64,000 bases of DNA from Haliotis rubra (GCF_003918875.1 NW_025766002.1:7936001-8000000); one strand, 5' to 3'; counted from the first letter of the stretch, positions 41,201 to 53,998 are shown. Notes: generated by a model not told the origin, from the letters alone. Program-made: numbers and translations.

Positions 41201-44200
41201 CCTGGATAAATCCTTATAGCTTCCTGTCACTTCTAAGGGAAACAACTCAGCACATAGAATTGCTGGACCTTAAGCTAACTCGGCAACCGTATCCCTCACA
41301 GGCCTACGGAGCAACACCACACAGCCATGTACATACTGTTTCCCAATGTCAATTAGGCGTGAAATAGGCAGGTATGCGGAATATGCTATGGCATATATCA
41401 TTACCACTGGCCACATACATCCAATACCATCACACCTCTTTGAAGTTCTAATACCACAACAAAACGGTTTATTACCAAACCATGCGTCTGAAGAACCACA
41501 ATACCTTCCAACAGTAGTCACATGGCAACGAGTATTCACCAGTGAGAACGATTTCCCAATAACGTGTACGTTTATGCCTCTGTTGAAATAATAACGAGAA
41601 AATGAACACATTGTACGTTTTTATTACTGCCCTTGCCGTGAACCGGTTTCGGCGCTCATAAATATTCCCCGGCCCTTTAAAGGTATGTTTTCTTCTGCCA
41701 ACGCGTCAAGTTATTCGTTTTGTGGACGGAAGGGAGTTTATAACAGCGAAATGCTGTTAACTGCCAAAACCAGACAATATCCGACCCCTTGGACAGTGAT
41801 CGATCGCAGTTGATTTCAATATCACTCAGAGAACTATGGGCATGTATTCCATTCCATCCGAAGAGCGGCTCTGCATATGGAAATTGGAAGCAATTATAGC
41901 ACTAATGTATACAATTACCATTCAACCTGCTACGGATGATTGAAGCTCACTCGTGTGTTAAACATGGATTTTATTACCAGTTTTCTGGGCTTCCCGGGAA
42001 ATATGTCGATGGCATATTGTTAAAATAGCAGGCATGTAACTTGTGTGTGCGATATATGTGTATATGAGAGATGTGCAACCGTTTGTATTCTACAACCAGT
42101 TGCTTGATATATACATTGTCCATTGCTCTCGTTAACATGCTTGTTCAGTACGCTGCATTCCTTCCACTAGGATGAAGGTAGCTATTTCAAACGAAAACGT
42201 TTACATTCCCTTGTTAAATGACCGATAAAAATAGTTTATTACAACTATAAGGAATAGTGTATCTGTTTCCTTTCTTGATAAAAGATTTCTCTAATACACA
42301 AAATGTAATTATATATCTTTATTACTAGAAGGAATTGCAATTGTGTACATATTTCCTTTCCTGATAAAGGGTTTGTCTAAACACAAGAAATGTAAGTTTA
42401 TACCTTACGTTTAGTCTTAGTAATCAAGTAATAACAAATATCATACAATGACAATACTACAATGTCAATAAAAGCAGTAGAAAATCAGTAATGTGTGCAA
42501 TATTTCACAGGTTTGTTTCCAAACTGTTTACAAACTCCAGTATTCAATATCTGTGACAGAAAGATAACCATCGTCGTATATGGCAGATGGTAAACAGAAA
42601 ACACTATTGTGAATAAGCAATGGAACGAATTGTTACATTTCAACATTTTAGCTGAATAATATGTTCACTAAAACAGAAACAAAACAAGACAGTAGGCAGA
42701 TTTAGCACATATATAAGCAGGCATACACAGACTTGATTTGCTTGTTTGTTTGTTTTTTTGATATTTCGGGTACTCAGCTGTAAACAGTACAAAGGGAAAA
42801 CAAGCAAACAAGACACAACGATTGTTAGTTGTCCACATTTCTTATGGAGAAAGTGCAGTTGAAATCCTATCTCTCTAGGGTGTAAAGAACGAAACTATTT
42901 GTGTTGACATATTACGGATGATAGTATTAAAAGCAGTACTAGTTGTCCTTGGTAAATGCGCATGACTCGATTCCTCAAAAATCGTCAGGACCCGTGAAGA
43001 TCCGGGGTCTTCAGGAACCCATGCTTGCCATAAAAGGCGACTATGCTTGTCGTAAGAGGCTCGCTGACTTGGTTGACACATGTCATCGGTTCCCAATTGC
43101 GCAGATCAATGCTCATGCTGTTGATCACTGGATTGTCTGGTCCAGACTCGATTATTTACAGACCGCCGCCATATAGCTGGAATATTGCTGAGTGTGGCGT
43201 AAAACTAAACTCACTCACTCAAAGTCGTCAGAACTCGCTGTGCCGACAGGCAGTAATGGTCTAGGCGTTCGAGCGATTATGAGCATCACGTCGGGTTTCC
43301 GGACTCCTAAAGCTGTACTGTTAAAAGCGTCATCTTACGTAACTTAAACTACAAGGGAAACTTATGTACATTGTTCTTGGAAGTGTTTTATTAGCATAAC
43401 TGAATAACTACCCTTGGGCAATTATTTCTTTTTAAAAACAATAAAAATGTACTCAGTTTGATCATGCCTAAGACATTACACGCGTATTAAAAATGAATGC
43501 CCTCGTGGTGTAAGCCGTTTAATCACCCTCGCTACGGTAGTTATTCAAATAAACTCTGCTCGGGCTAAAACATGTGGGGACTGACGGTATCGAGTGGTCA
43601 GGCTCGCTGACGTAGATGGATGTTCGTGATGTTGATCATTGGATTGTATGGTCCAAACTCGAGTATTTATAGACCGCGGCCATAAAAACAACAACAATAA
43701 AAACAACACGTTGTCGTGCTCAACAATATCATTTAAGTACTGTGTATGTTTGACATTTTACGAGTGCTTCTTTCATTTCGCGTTTCTGTCGGATCAGTCC
43801 CTTCATTGTTGGACAGTCGTTCGTATACTGCGACAGACATACACAACGGGTCGGGCCTTTTAAGTAGGGGCAGTAAAATTAGAAGGGTCGGTCGAGCGAT
43901 GAGACACACAGAAAATGCTACAAAAATGCTGCCCTTACCCGACAAAACCTAAAATAGATGCTCATGTAAGCGTACATTGAAACAAACAACCCAGAATTGT
44001 AATGTTCAATGATGCGTACTACGTAGACGAGGGAGATTATTATTTAAAGTCACATCGGCATTATTCAGCCACCACACTGTGCCAGCGATACAATCATCTG
44101 TTATCTACTTATACGAAGGAACCTGTTGATAAAGGTCAGTAAAATAGCTACTCGCTGTCACATATTCAGTTTTTAAAGTAGAAATAAATAAGTAAAAATT

Positions 44201-45265
44201 AAAGACTACTATATAACCACGTAAAATACGAATAGGGTTATGATATTGCTCACCAGCAAGTCAAACCACCATGCTAAGGTGCTCAGGACCATTGTGATGA
44301 ACAGTGTCTCTGTTACCTGCATAGTGTATATGTTTAGAAAGCACAGCGGTAACCTTTGCACAACATAGATTAAAGGAAGTATGAAAAACTACTCTGTATA
44401 GTTCATGTTCTTAATACTAGGGCGGCGGGGTAGCCTAATGGTCAAGGCGTTCGCTCGTAACGCTGAAGACCCGTGTTTGATTCCCCACATGGGTAAAGTG
44501 TGTGAAGCCTAGTGCTGGTGTCCCCGGCGGTGATTCTGCTGAAATATTGCTAAGGCGGTGTAAAACTAAACTCACTCACTCACGTAATACTGAACACTGT
44601 GTGAATATATTTTGTTAATGTTAAACCAGCAGATCTACCGGGGTGCTCCCATTGTCAGACATACATCGTGTTGGCGTAAGTTTTATGGTTTCCCCAGCAG
44701 TAATATATCAGTGGTAATTTCTCATTTTCAACAGGTGTTTAAGTCGTTTAAAAAAGGATTAATATTTGACAAGAACCGAACAGCATGGCTATTACCGAGA
44801 TTATATGACAAAAAATACTTACGCTTGAAAGAAATCTCATTTACATGTATAAAACACGAAGTGTAGAGAATAACCAGTCGGTATCAAAGGAAACATATTT
44901 CAGTGAGCGGAAAGGCAACATATTTAGGAATACTGCATGAATACACTGAAAATCAGTGACGACACCTGGTGTTCGGGAAAAGGATAAGCAGATCCTGCTA
45001 AACCGCCTGTACTGGCCAGTCACAATTTGCAGAAATCCACCTATCGCAGTAAGTAAAGCATAGTCCACCGACTATGATCTTGTGTATTTGAGCACTATCA
45101 AACAGTGATGATACCAGGTGTTTGCTTGGTCAAGAAAAGTATAAAAATGATCTTCGGATGTACATTGAATGAAGGAGATGATTCTGGGACATGGCAGTGT
45201 CCGTGACGTCCATATGAAACAACGCCGTTGTCAGTTCGTCGTTGTGGTTGCAACGACGTGTGTCA

Positions 45266-45347
45266 TCACGTCTTCTCACTGAATTCTGCAATAACGGCCA
45301 GAAAGGAACCTGCATCACTCTGTTTGTCCTTCTCCTTAGTCTCGGGC
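45266..45347 (-). CDS. Death-fold locus, probable last coding exon
   Basis: ttttgtttcgcctaag| phase 2; (W)PETKEKDKQSDAGSFLAVIAEFSEKT-stop. An alternative acceptor at 45416 would give an immediate TGA. Confidence 0.55.
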
Positions 45348-45350
45348 CTT

Positions 45351-45595
45351 AGGCGAAACAAAATCTACATCAACATTTTGACATATTTTACTTTTAGCTT
45401 TTTGACAGTTTTACCTCTAGGTAAAACAAACTATAAATCAATATTTTGACATATTTCACTTTCAGGTAAAACAAAATATTGATCAATATTTTGGCATATG
45501 TCACTTTTAGTCAAAACAAAATATAAAACACCATTTTGACATATTTTACGTTTAGATAAACAAAACATAAATCAGCCTTTTGACATATTGGTTTT
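45351..45595. repeat. Degenerate 45-bp tandem repeat (about 5 copies) filling the last intron
   Basis: Units start at about 45351, 45419, 45464, 45509, 45554 (aggtaaaacaaaata..atcaatattttgacatatttcactttt). Confidence 0.8.
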
Positions 45596-45687
45596 TAAAA
45601 AAAAATAAGAACTGCAGCTACGTTGTTTCGACTTAAATCTGGTCGAATGTATTCAACTAACTATACAAGAACATACATATCTCGTAC

Positions 45688-45812
45688 CACTTTCTTGTAC
45701 GGGTTATAATCCAGTTCTTCGTGTCGTTTTGCTCCAGTTGTTTCAGCGCTTTTAACAAGACACGAAGACCCTCGTGCCGATGCTGTGCCTTCTGTCGTAC
45801 TTTACAGAGCAC
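45688..45812 (-). CDS. Death domain 3, C-terminal half exon (125 nt)
   Basis: tttgcag| phase 0 to TG|gtac phase 2; VLCKVRQKAQHRHEGLRVLLKALKQLEQNDTKNWIITRTRKW. Confidence 0.82.
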
Positions 45813-46283
45813 CTGCAAACACAAGCCGTATCGTGCATCAACCAGTCAAAACAATAAAAGTTTATGTACTTAATAAAATCCTTATAAGCCAAGGCCATTA
45901 TAATTACATGTAGTTGTATAAAGACTTTGTATGCAGACAATACAACTGTGCTAAATAATTATTGATATCATCTACGAAAACAAAATGCCAAACATTGACG
46001 ATATCCCTGGATATCAAACCGTTTGCGAGCCCGAAACAAATTTTAAGCTGTAACACACCTCTGTATGTCCTGGGCGGTTTGGTAGCCTAGTGGTTACAGC
46101 GTTCGCTCGTCACGCTGAAGACCCGGGTTCAATTCCCCACATGCGTACAATGTTTGAAGCCCATTTCTGGTCTCCCCCGCTGTGATACTACTGGAATATT
46201 GCTAAAAGCGGCGTAAAACTAAACTCATTCACTTCTGTGTTTTCTAACACGCAGTGTTGTTTTGGCATATTACGAAAACTTAC

Positions 46284-46441
46284 TGTAAACAGTTGGAACT
46301 GTTGGCCGAAAGGATGCCGTTCCGACAATTCACAATGTTCTTGTGTCGTAAGGCCACATTCAATGCCGAGTGACTTGATATCAACGGCAAAATATTGGAG
46401 TATGTCGACCAGAAACACGTCTGACATTGGTCTCGATGCCT
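46284..46441 (-). CDS. Death domain 3, N-terminal half exon (158 nt)
   Basis: gtacag| phase 1 to ACA|gtaagt phase 0; ASRPMSDVFLVDILQYFAVDIKSLGIECGLTTQEHCELSERHPFGQQFQLFT. Confidence 0.85.
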
Positions 46442-46519
46442 CTGTACATATATATGCAAACATTGTGAGAATGGGTTCAAATTGGTTTCACACAGCATTA
46501 CAATATACCGGAACGGTCA

Positions 46520-47570
46520 AAGTAATTCCATCAATTTCATTATTTTCATGGAGTGATGTTTCGGTGTAGATTCTATCACCATGATCAAGCTAAAAGTGAC
46601 TACAACCAGGTGATAAGAAGAATTAAGGTTGTTCCAACAGCCACATGACCTCTATCATGAGCTTCATCACCTACACCATGCCTTCACCAACCTCAGCCAG
46701 TATCCCACTGAGAGGACCATCTCGGCCACACACCAGCCCAAACCCAAAGTGACCTAGTCTGAATCCACCACCATCAGAAACCAGAAGTGAAACTTCCCGT
46801 CCCGTAGATACCCGCATTGTTGAGCGTGACATCTCAACACCCAAGGAAGACAGCAAATCACACCTCTCAGATCACAAAGAAAAGTTCCCCAGCAAATATT
46901 TGAAAGCCATCGAAATCCGCCACCACAAACCTTTGATCAACAGAGACCAAGGCTATTAAATACCATCGGCCTACGAAGAGCTGATCAAGCTATAGACTTT
47001 ATCTATTAGCATCCTATCAGCTTGTCAAAAACGTGTTCTGGCTCCGTTGACCGCCTCCGTGGTGTAGTGGTTAGAGCGTCCGCCCGGAGAGCGGAAGGTC
47101 GCGGGTTCAATCCCAGACAGCGTTATACCAAAAGACGTTAAAATATGGTACTTGTTGGTCCCTGCCTGGCGCTCGGCATTAATGGGTACAACAAGGACTG
47201 GTCGGCTCGGGGTCAGTATAATGTGTCTGAGTGGGGTATTCATGCTTCACTGCGGCGTGTTATCCCAGCGAGCTAGCACTATAAAACCAACTTAAATCTG
47301 GGCTAGTACAAGCAGCCGCACATACACATACAGACGCATGCACGTCGTCATATGAGCGAAATATTCTCAAGCACGACATTAAACCAAATTTCACCTCACC
47401 TTACCTCCGTTGCTTGCACCTATATTTTTAAATGTGATGTTTGTCACAACATACTATGTACTTGTACATCTACTTACCTGGTTGTGGTCATTTTAACTTG
47501 ATAACGGTGTAAGAATCTACAATGGAACGTCGCTTTATGAAATAGACAAGAACATGTTATCCATAGTTCG
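46520..47570 (+). mobile_element. Penelope-like element relic (GIY-YIG endonuclease remnant with inverted 5' pseudo-LTR), intronic
   Basis: Remnant peptides ELHHLHHAFTNLSQYP, ETSRPVDTRIVE..KEDSKSHLSDH, AIEIRHHKPLINRDQGY; 46565-46610 is the reverse complement of about 47475-47520; hammerhead-like motifs at both ends. Confidence 0.78.
47051..47404 (+). mobile_element. SINE family C copy 2, nested in the Penelope relic
   Basis: Colinear with 32266-32615; TSD ctccgttg. Confidence 0.88.
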
Positions 47571-48391
47571 TCGTATGCTTCATTATAAAATTCATCAATA
47601 TTCTTTGCATCTGCGTCTGTACACAAGTCACCATTTGCACGTATCTACATGAATCTTAAGCATTACACATCTTTCTGGTTGATAAAAAAGTACAAGGAAC
47701 CTTTGGTTACTGATATTGGTCAACCAACTGAACAAACAAACAGCAGATTTACCACATTACTATTTTTGGTAAATAGCAAATAACCTTTATATATGTTGTT
47801 CTTCAACTAATTTTCAAATATATTTGAAAATAATTAGCTATCTGGTTTGTTGTTTGGTCATGCCGAAACGGAATGGCAAAAATGCTCTCTTAAATGTTCT
47901 TTGACACTTGATCTGTTTGAGTGAGTGAGTTTAATTTTACGCTGCACTCAGCAATATTCCAGCCATATGGCGGCGGTCTGGAAATAATCGAGTCTGGACC
48001 AGACAATCCAATGATCAACAGCATGAGCATCGGTCTGCGCAATTGGGAACCGATGTCATGTGTCAACCAAGCCAGCGAGCCTGACCACCCAATCCCGTTA
48101 GTCGCCTGTTACGACAAGCATGGGTTGCTGAAGGTACATTCTAACGCGGATCTTCACGGGTCGATCTATTTGTGTAAGTACGGCTAAGGCTAAACATGGC
48201 ATTACAGTGACCATTTGTAACGTGTTTTTCAGGATAACTGATTTTCATTAGCAATCCAATATCCATACAAGATTTTAAAGTAAGACTGAGTGTGTATGGT
48301 GAGAGCGTACATTGCTTGTCAATGCAGTCAGCAATGTTCAACAAAATAACTCAAACTAGAAGTGTATTGGAATATATTTTCGGTACATTAC

Positions 48392-48486
48392 CATTTTCAG
48401 TAATTTCTAACTTGAAATTCTGTGTCTTCAACCATTTACCGAAAGTCGTATTTGACCAGTTCTTTTCAAATGCCTCGGAGTTCAAG
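48392..48486 (-). CDS. Linker exon between death domains 2 and 3
   Basis: ctgtcacag| phase 2 to G|gtaatg phase 1; LNSEAFEKNWSNTTFGKWLKTQNFKLEITEN; phases fit both neighbours. Confidence 0.72.
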
Positions 48487-48792
48487 CTGTGACAGAAATG
48501 TGTTCAGTTGGTTTCTGGTTTCCTCGAAAACACGACCCCGTTACTTCCGGAATGCTGTAAATAGCTTACGAGGGATGAAATGAGAAATGAAATGGGATGA
48601 TAATGATGCTTGGGAAGACCTTGCATGTCTGCTTAATGCCAGGAAGAACTCAATACTCAATCTGTATAATCTGTAACAATCGGATCGGATGATTTGGCAA
48701 GTAAAAGAAATTCATAATGTATTTATCACAGTGCTGAAATGGTAAGCATGGTAGTCTACGTTTTTGTCAAGTTGAAATGTAAAATGCGTCAC

Positions 48793-48920
48793 CATTTCTT
48801 CAGATGATTCATAACTTGCTGTGCCGCAGACCGACATTCAGCCCGCATCAGGGCTTTGATCAGATCTTGGAGTCCATAGTCGGGTTTCCCAGCGTGACCT
48901 ATGATCCATTCCTGGAACAT
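48793..48920 (-). CDS. Death domain 2, C-terminal half exon
   Basis: tcttctag| phase 0 to TG|gtgac phase 2; MFQEWIIGHAGKPDYGLQDLIKALMRAECRSAAQQVMNHLKK (M..W...L..AL....R.. DD pattern). Confidence 0.85.
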
Positions 48921-48989
48921 CTAGAAGATCCCTCATAACATGACACTGTCGGCGAGTAAGTACCAGTTACAAAATCTCAATATTTATCC

Positions 48990-49053
<64 letters not shown>

Positions 49054-49405
49054 CGATTTCATTAGGAACAATCCACCTCTGATGGATTATTTTCTAAGTT
49101 GGGTGTACTAATGTTATTCATGAATATTCATGCTCCAGTGAATTAACACAAAATGAGAACTACAACGTAACTGCCAACAAAGATACGGCTCTTCAGTTTC
49201 ACGGAGAATGTTTGCTTACATATACTGTAAAAGGACAATGAGATGGCAATGGACAAAATTGATTATTCAAATTTTTTTGTACATCAACACGGTCGTGATG
49301 ACACTGGTAAATAGTGTCTGGGCACTAGATTAATACCAGGGACTGAAACAAAATGAAATTCTTGTGCAGATTGGAAGCATACAGTACAAAAAAAGAAATG
49401 CAAAC

Positions 49406-49554
49406 CTGTTTGCTTCTTCCGAGAGAATTAAACTGTAGATTGGTGACTAAATCCATGAGCTTTTCAACCGGTACACCAGCATATAGCCACACCTTCCACC
49501 ACGACTCAAACACGTCATTCGATAAAGTGTCCATCAGCGTGTCTCTGATATAAT
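49406..49554 (-). CDS. Death domain 2, N-terminal half exon
   Basis: taacag| phase 1 to CAG|gtttgc phase 0; YIRDTLMDTLSNDVFESWWKVWLYAGVPVEKLMDLVTNLQFNSLGRSKQ. Confidence 0.82.
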
Positions 49555-49813
49555 CTGTTAATTGACAATATCATAACCAAGGCGGTTCACTTAAACCAAG
49601 GTTAGTTACATAATGCTTACAGGTTAAGCCATTCCAACTCGAATATTTTAACTTTGATTTAGAACATGAATGTCATTTTCCCTTGCAGTACGTTGGTTTA
49701 TTTCTTGTTATTGACAAACGTTATTACTGACATGATTTCAAACAATTTATTCGTTTATTGTCTGAAGTGGCCGATCAGGGGGATGTATTTTGCAATTTTT
49801 TACTCACTCTTAA

Positions 49814-50861
49814 AGGTCACATGCAACGTAAAACACAACTTTGCAGATTCTGATACCTTTCGGTATGGACTTACCGAAACAAAGCGTCAAAAATGCAAAT
49901 TCAACTTATAAAGTTGAAAAATAACGCGATGAAAAAAAACGCGCGAAATCGGAGTTCAAACGTTTCACTAATTTTCCCCAGACTTTTCGGGGGAATACGG
50001 GTTTCAACAGCTGGCTGCGCTCATAGCACGTGCGCAGTGAAATAGGTTCGCGCAACTTGGAAGCGGGCTGTCTGGTGAATACTCGGTGAAGGCTTTGGTG
50101 TGAGCTAGTTTCATAATGTTTTGTTGATATATCACAGGCGCGAGCTTTTGTATGTTATGACAGTAAATAAACTGTTTATATAATTTCATTTGTCTATTTC
50201 ACCACACGTTCTTCTTACCGAGTCACTTTCTCAGTTCGATACTTAAAAGCAATGTCATTATTTAGAGTTGACACGATTTCTAACTGTGATATAGATATGT
50301 CGCTGTCACAGACAAAACTCAATGTCTGCCTGCCTGTCTGCTAATGACAATATTCAATACACAACTGCGATCACTGACCACATGCAATTTGAACTTAACA
50401 CCAATCAGGCTATACACCATAAACAAAACGCATTGATTTATGGCCCGAGTTCGGTCTCTGTCACATTATGTAATTACACAGACAGGCAGGTGTGATACTT
50501 GAACACATGACATGTTATGATGTCTGTTGATTGCAAAATGTTATACACAAAAAATGAGCATGTATTTACAAAACCCAACTTTCTATATATACACACACAA
50601 TGAGCCGTGAGGCGGCATCTGCTAATGAACCAGCCGTTACACTTGAGTGCACACCCACCCGCTCTGACTGGGTTCGGTATCCCGGCTGCTTCGTTTCGAG
50701 GGAGGTAAACCCAAGTACAAAATATTGCACTTTTGATTTGCGATTATACGCTTATAATTTTGTTTATTTGTTTTTTCATAATCAGCAATGCACATTATAT
50801 GTCATGAAGAAGTGATAATTGTGTTTTAATTATGTTTGATTTTTTTGGTTGCATGTGACCT
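49814..50861. mobile_element. Kolobok-like non-autonomous DNA transposon, copy 2 (1048 bp), intronic
   Basis: Perfect 14-bp TIR aggtcacatgcaac, TTAA TSD both sides, RR...YY termini (distinguishes it from piggyBac CCC...GGG). Confidence 0.9.
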
Positions 50862-50967
50862 TTAAGCTACTGGCATATGACTCAGATTAAAGTGATGCAC
50901 AACATTTTAATTGACTTTATTCATGAGTTAGAATCAACAACCACCAACAATGCTCCAGTTTACTTGC

Positions 50968-51512
50968 CTTCGATGTTCTCATGGCCATGTCCTTTGGCAG
51001 CACTTTCATCAAAATCAGCTTTCTGTACCACCGCCATGCTCTCCTTAGAGGTGACCTTCTGATCCAGTTCAAAAGGAAGATACGTTATTACATTTTTCTT
51101 TTTATCCATGATCGCTATAGCTGCGAGGGGGGTGTACTTTTCGTTCATGATTCCAAGATGCAGTGATTGAAAACCAGTCATCCCACGCTTGTAGATGAGC
51201 TTTAGTGTTGAAATGTCATACAATGACACTGCATTGCCACGGACACCGATACAATATATACTCGTAGCTTTGCCTTGGAATTCGCCACTGTTTCTGAGAC
51301 AGGAGTAACCTTTCTTCTGCCAGGTCTGTGATCTTTTCTTGAATTTTTTTCTGTGGCAGCATTCAACAACTACATCATGAACTGACGAATTAAGAAACTT
51401 GCCCCATGCAGCAAATATGACTTGATCCTTAACGCCCCTTTTGCGATGTACTTTAGTTTGCTTCTTAACCCTTGATCTTCGTGCGTTCTTTGTGTATTCA
51501 CCAACTACAACT
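50968..51512 (-). CDS. UPA-like domain exon (module 2)
   Basis: tttgtag| phase 2, open frame VVVGEY...QVIFAAWGKFLNSSVHDVVVECC...SGEFQGKATSIYCIGVRGN...ITYLPFEL...ENIE, ending G|gcaagt (GC donor, phase 1). Confidence 0.82.
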
Positions 51513-51725
51513 CTACAAACAAAGACAAAGAATCGTTCATGTAATATAATAACATAATTATTGTTCTGTATCCTTCTTAAGGTACTTCTCCGTTTATCTA
51601 GAAAAAATCCTTAAAATGAATTGAATAGGTCAAAGATAAGAAATAAGGCAACATATTCACTTGCAAAATTGAATCAACATATGATGTTTTAACAGAAACG
51701 AACGAATAACAAGTGTTGTCATTAC

Positions 51726-52042
51726 TCTGAAAAATGGTTTGTGGAAAAAGTTGCAACATTGCCGTTGACTGATATCACAGTATCAAGGATTGTCCAATAT
51801 GTTTCATTTTCATCCTCCTCATTTTCTCCTTTACTTTCCTCCTCTCTTTGCTCTTCACTTCCCTTTGGTACAGTTCTGGACAGAACGAGTAACTCCCCTT
51901 CCCCAGTATACTTGTCCGGAAGAGGTAGAGTCACGCTGAGGTTGTTCTGTGGTTGATGTCCTGATGTGTGGCTTATGGTATAAAACATGGACAGCGATAT
52001 TATGCTCTCAAGGTCGTTTCCGTCATATTCCATTTCCACGGC
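51726..52042 (-). CDS. Second ZU5 domain C-terminal exon ending in an HFS motif
   Basis: ctgaag| phase 0 to GA|gtaat phase 2; ...SLSMFYTISH...LSVTLPLP...ELLVLSR...WTILDTVISVNGNVATFSTNHFSE. Confidence 0.85.
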
Positions 52043-53139
52043 CTTCAGTAAAAGACATGTATTAGTCAGTATGATAGAAAGCGAAAAACATTTCTATAAA
52101 CCAAGCGAAACTATAACACGACACAACTATGCGATTCTTATCTTATGTATTTATGCATCAATGTCAAATAGCCATGAGGCCGTGTGAGGTAAGACTTTTC
52201 TGCCCCATCAGTGGCACTCCTGATCAGCACGTCACGCAAAGTGAAATACGTTGTTTATCTGGGCTGGTTATAACAGGCTATATTTCACAGACATCTCCAC
52301 ATGTCCCCCACAAAACTTTTGGAAGGCTTCAATGATGCCTTCCTTGAATGTTGAAACCCCGGTAAAAAGTTCTTTTGAAGATAAGTGAGTGAGTTTAGTT
52401 TTGCGCTGAAATCAGCAATATTCCTGCTATATGGCCGTAGTCTGTAAATAATCGAGTCTGGACCAGACAACCCAGTGATCAACAGCATGAGCATCAATCG
52501 TGAACCGATGACATGTGTCAACCAAGTCAGCGAGCCTGACCACCCGATCCCGTTAGTCGCCTCGTATGACAAGCATGGGTTACTGAAGACCAATTCTAAC
52601 CCGGATCTTTCCGGGTCACTATGACACTCCATGATATCTTAGCAGAAAGAGCTTTATATTTTACCTACATCTAGACAACGAGACTGGACTTCTTGCCTTG
52701 TCATATATAGTGTTGGGGAGAGGTTTTTCACTCTAAATATGACACATATGAGGCTGTTTCATTGGTCTCTTTATATTTCTAGTTCAAGGAAGGAGGAAGG
52801 AAATATATGGCTATGTGACGATTATTGTTTGTGTGTTTGTTTGTTGCAATACGCAGTACTCTACATATATGATAGACTAACAACTAGTCTCTGAAACGAA
52901 CATATTTTACTGAAGAAAAAGTTCATAGTAAAAATAAATAAAACATAATGAAAAGGAGCCCTGAGACTTTCTACATTTTCAGAAGCTGTGGAAATCTAGA
53001 CTTGCCACATTTGCTAGACTTTGCGTGGGCTTTCTTGGATATATTTGCTTCAGGGTCTGTACGAGAGATTACATATATGACTGCGGTATGTATATATTCC
53101 ATCGAGTCTTGGCCAGACAACGCATGTGATCGAGACCAG

Positions 53140-53576
53140 GGCCCCGTTTCACAAAGCGATCGTAGCGCTAAGGTGATCGTAACTCCCATACTTTAACATA
53201 GACTTACGACAGTCGTAGCTTGACTGTGTGGACTTTACATCTGCAAGGGACTCGCATTATCACGCAACCAATCTGAAAGATCTGTTCTCCAGCGTGAGCG
53301 CTCATCTGATACTGAACTACCTGAGGGAAGTTGATCTATATCATAAATTGTAACTGTGTAATGTCACTGTGTAATTTACCTGCTTTTCAATTTAGTGCTA
53401 TGACATTCTCTCTTCCAAAATGACAATGTAATGAATGTGTGTCTTTGAAACGAAACCACTTTATATTAATGCAGACTTGTTCTCGTCACTATATGGCTGG
53501 AATAATGCCGATGTGACGTAAAGCCCAACTCAACTCAACTCAACGTAGCGCTACGATCGCTTTGTGAAACGGGCCC
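53140..53576. mobile_element. PIF/Harbinger-like MITE inserted in a SINE B copy
   Basis: About 31-bp TIR gg.cccgtttcacaaagcgatcgtagcgcta, 3-bp TSD cag; a diverged relative lies at about 4220-4320. Confidence 0.8.
53221..53544 (+). mobile_element. 5'-truncated I/Nimb-group LINE 3' end nested in the MITE
   Basis: 53222-53353 reads DCVDFTSARDSHYHATNLKDLFSSVSAHLILNYLREVDLYHKL-stop (typical I-group ORF2 C-terminus); 3' UTR ends gctggaataatgccgatgtgacgtaaagcc(caact)n; short TSD cgtagc. Confidence 0.75.
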
Positions 53577-53998
53577 CAGGAGATAGAGTAACTGGCATCA
53601 TCAGCATCCATGCAAATGGTATACGATGACCTGCATCAACCAGGTCAGCGAGCCCGACCATCAGATCCCGTTAGTCATCTCTCACAGCAAGGTTGGGCTG
53701 CTGATCTTCACAGGTCTGACCATTGTTGCATTATATTTGATAATACTTGAACATAGGTATTGAGATTCGTCTTGGACGAATGTTGACCAGCACTTTCGAT
53801 TCACATAAAGAAACAGATCTGCAAGGTGGGCACAGCTCATGCCTATAAAATTTACCTATTGGGGCTTTAGGTCTGCCTTTTCAAATAACTTTTATAATAT
53901 TATAATGATGATATAATAGTATAATATTTAAGTAGTAAATTCATACGTATACTACACATGTCCGTGTGAATCATATACGATTTGACTTAATACATTAC

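Noticed and set aside
40714-41367. 217-aa Tyr/Ser/Ile-rich ORF
   Set aside because: Translation of a degenerate 16-bp repeat.
48793-48920. Initially read on + as a Tc1 C-terminal remnant
   Set aside because: The minus strand gives a clean phase-compatible death-domain exon.
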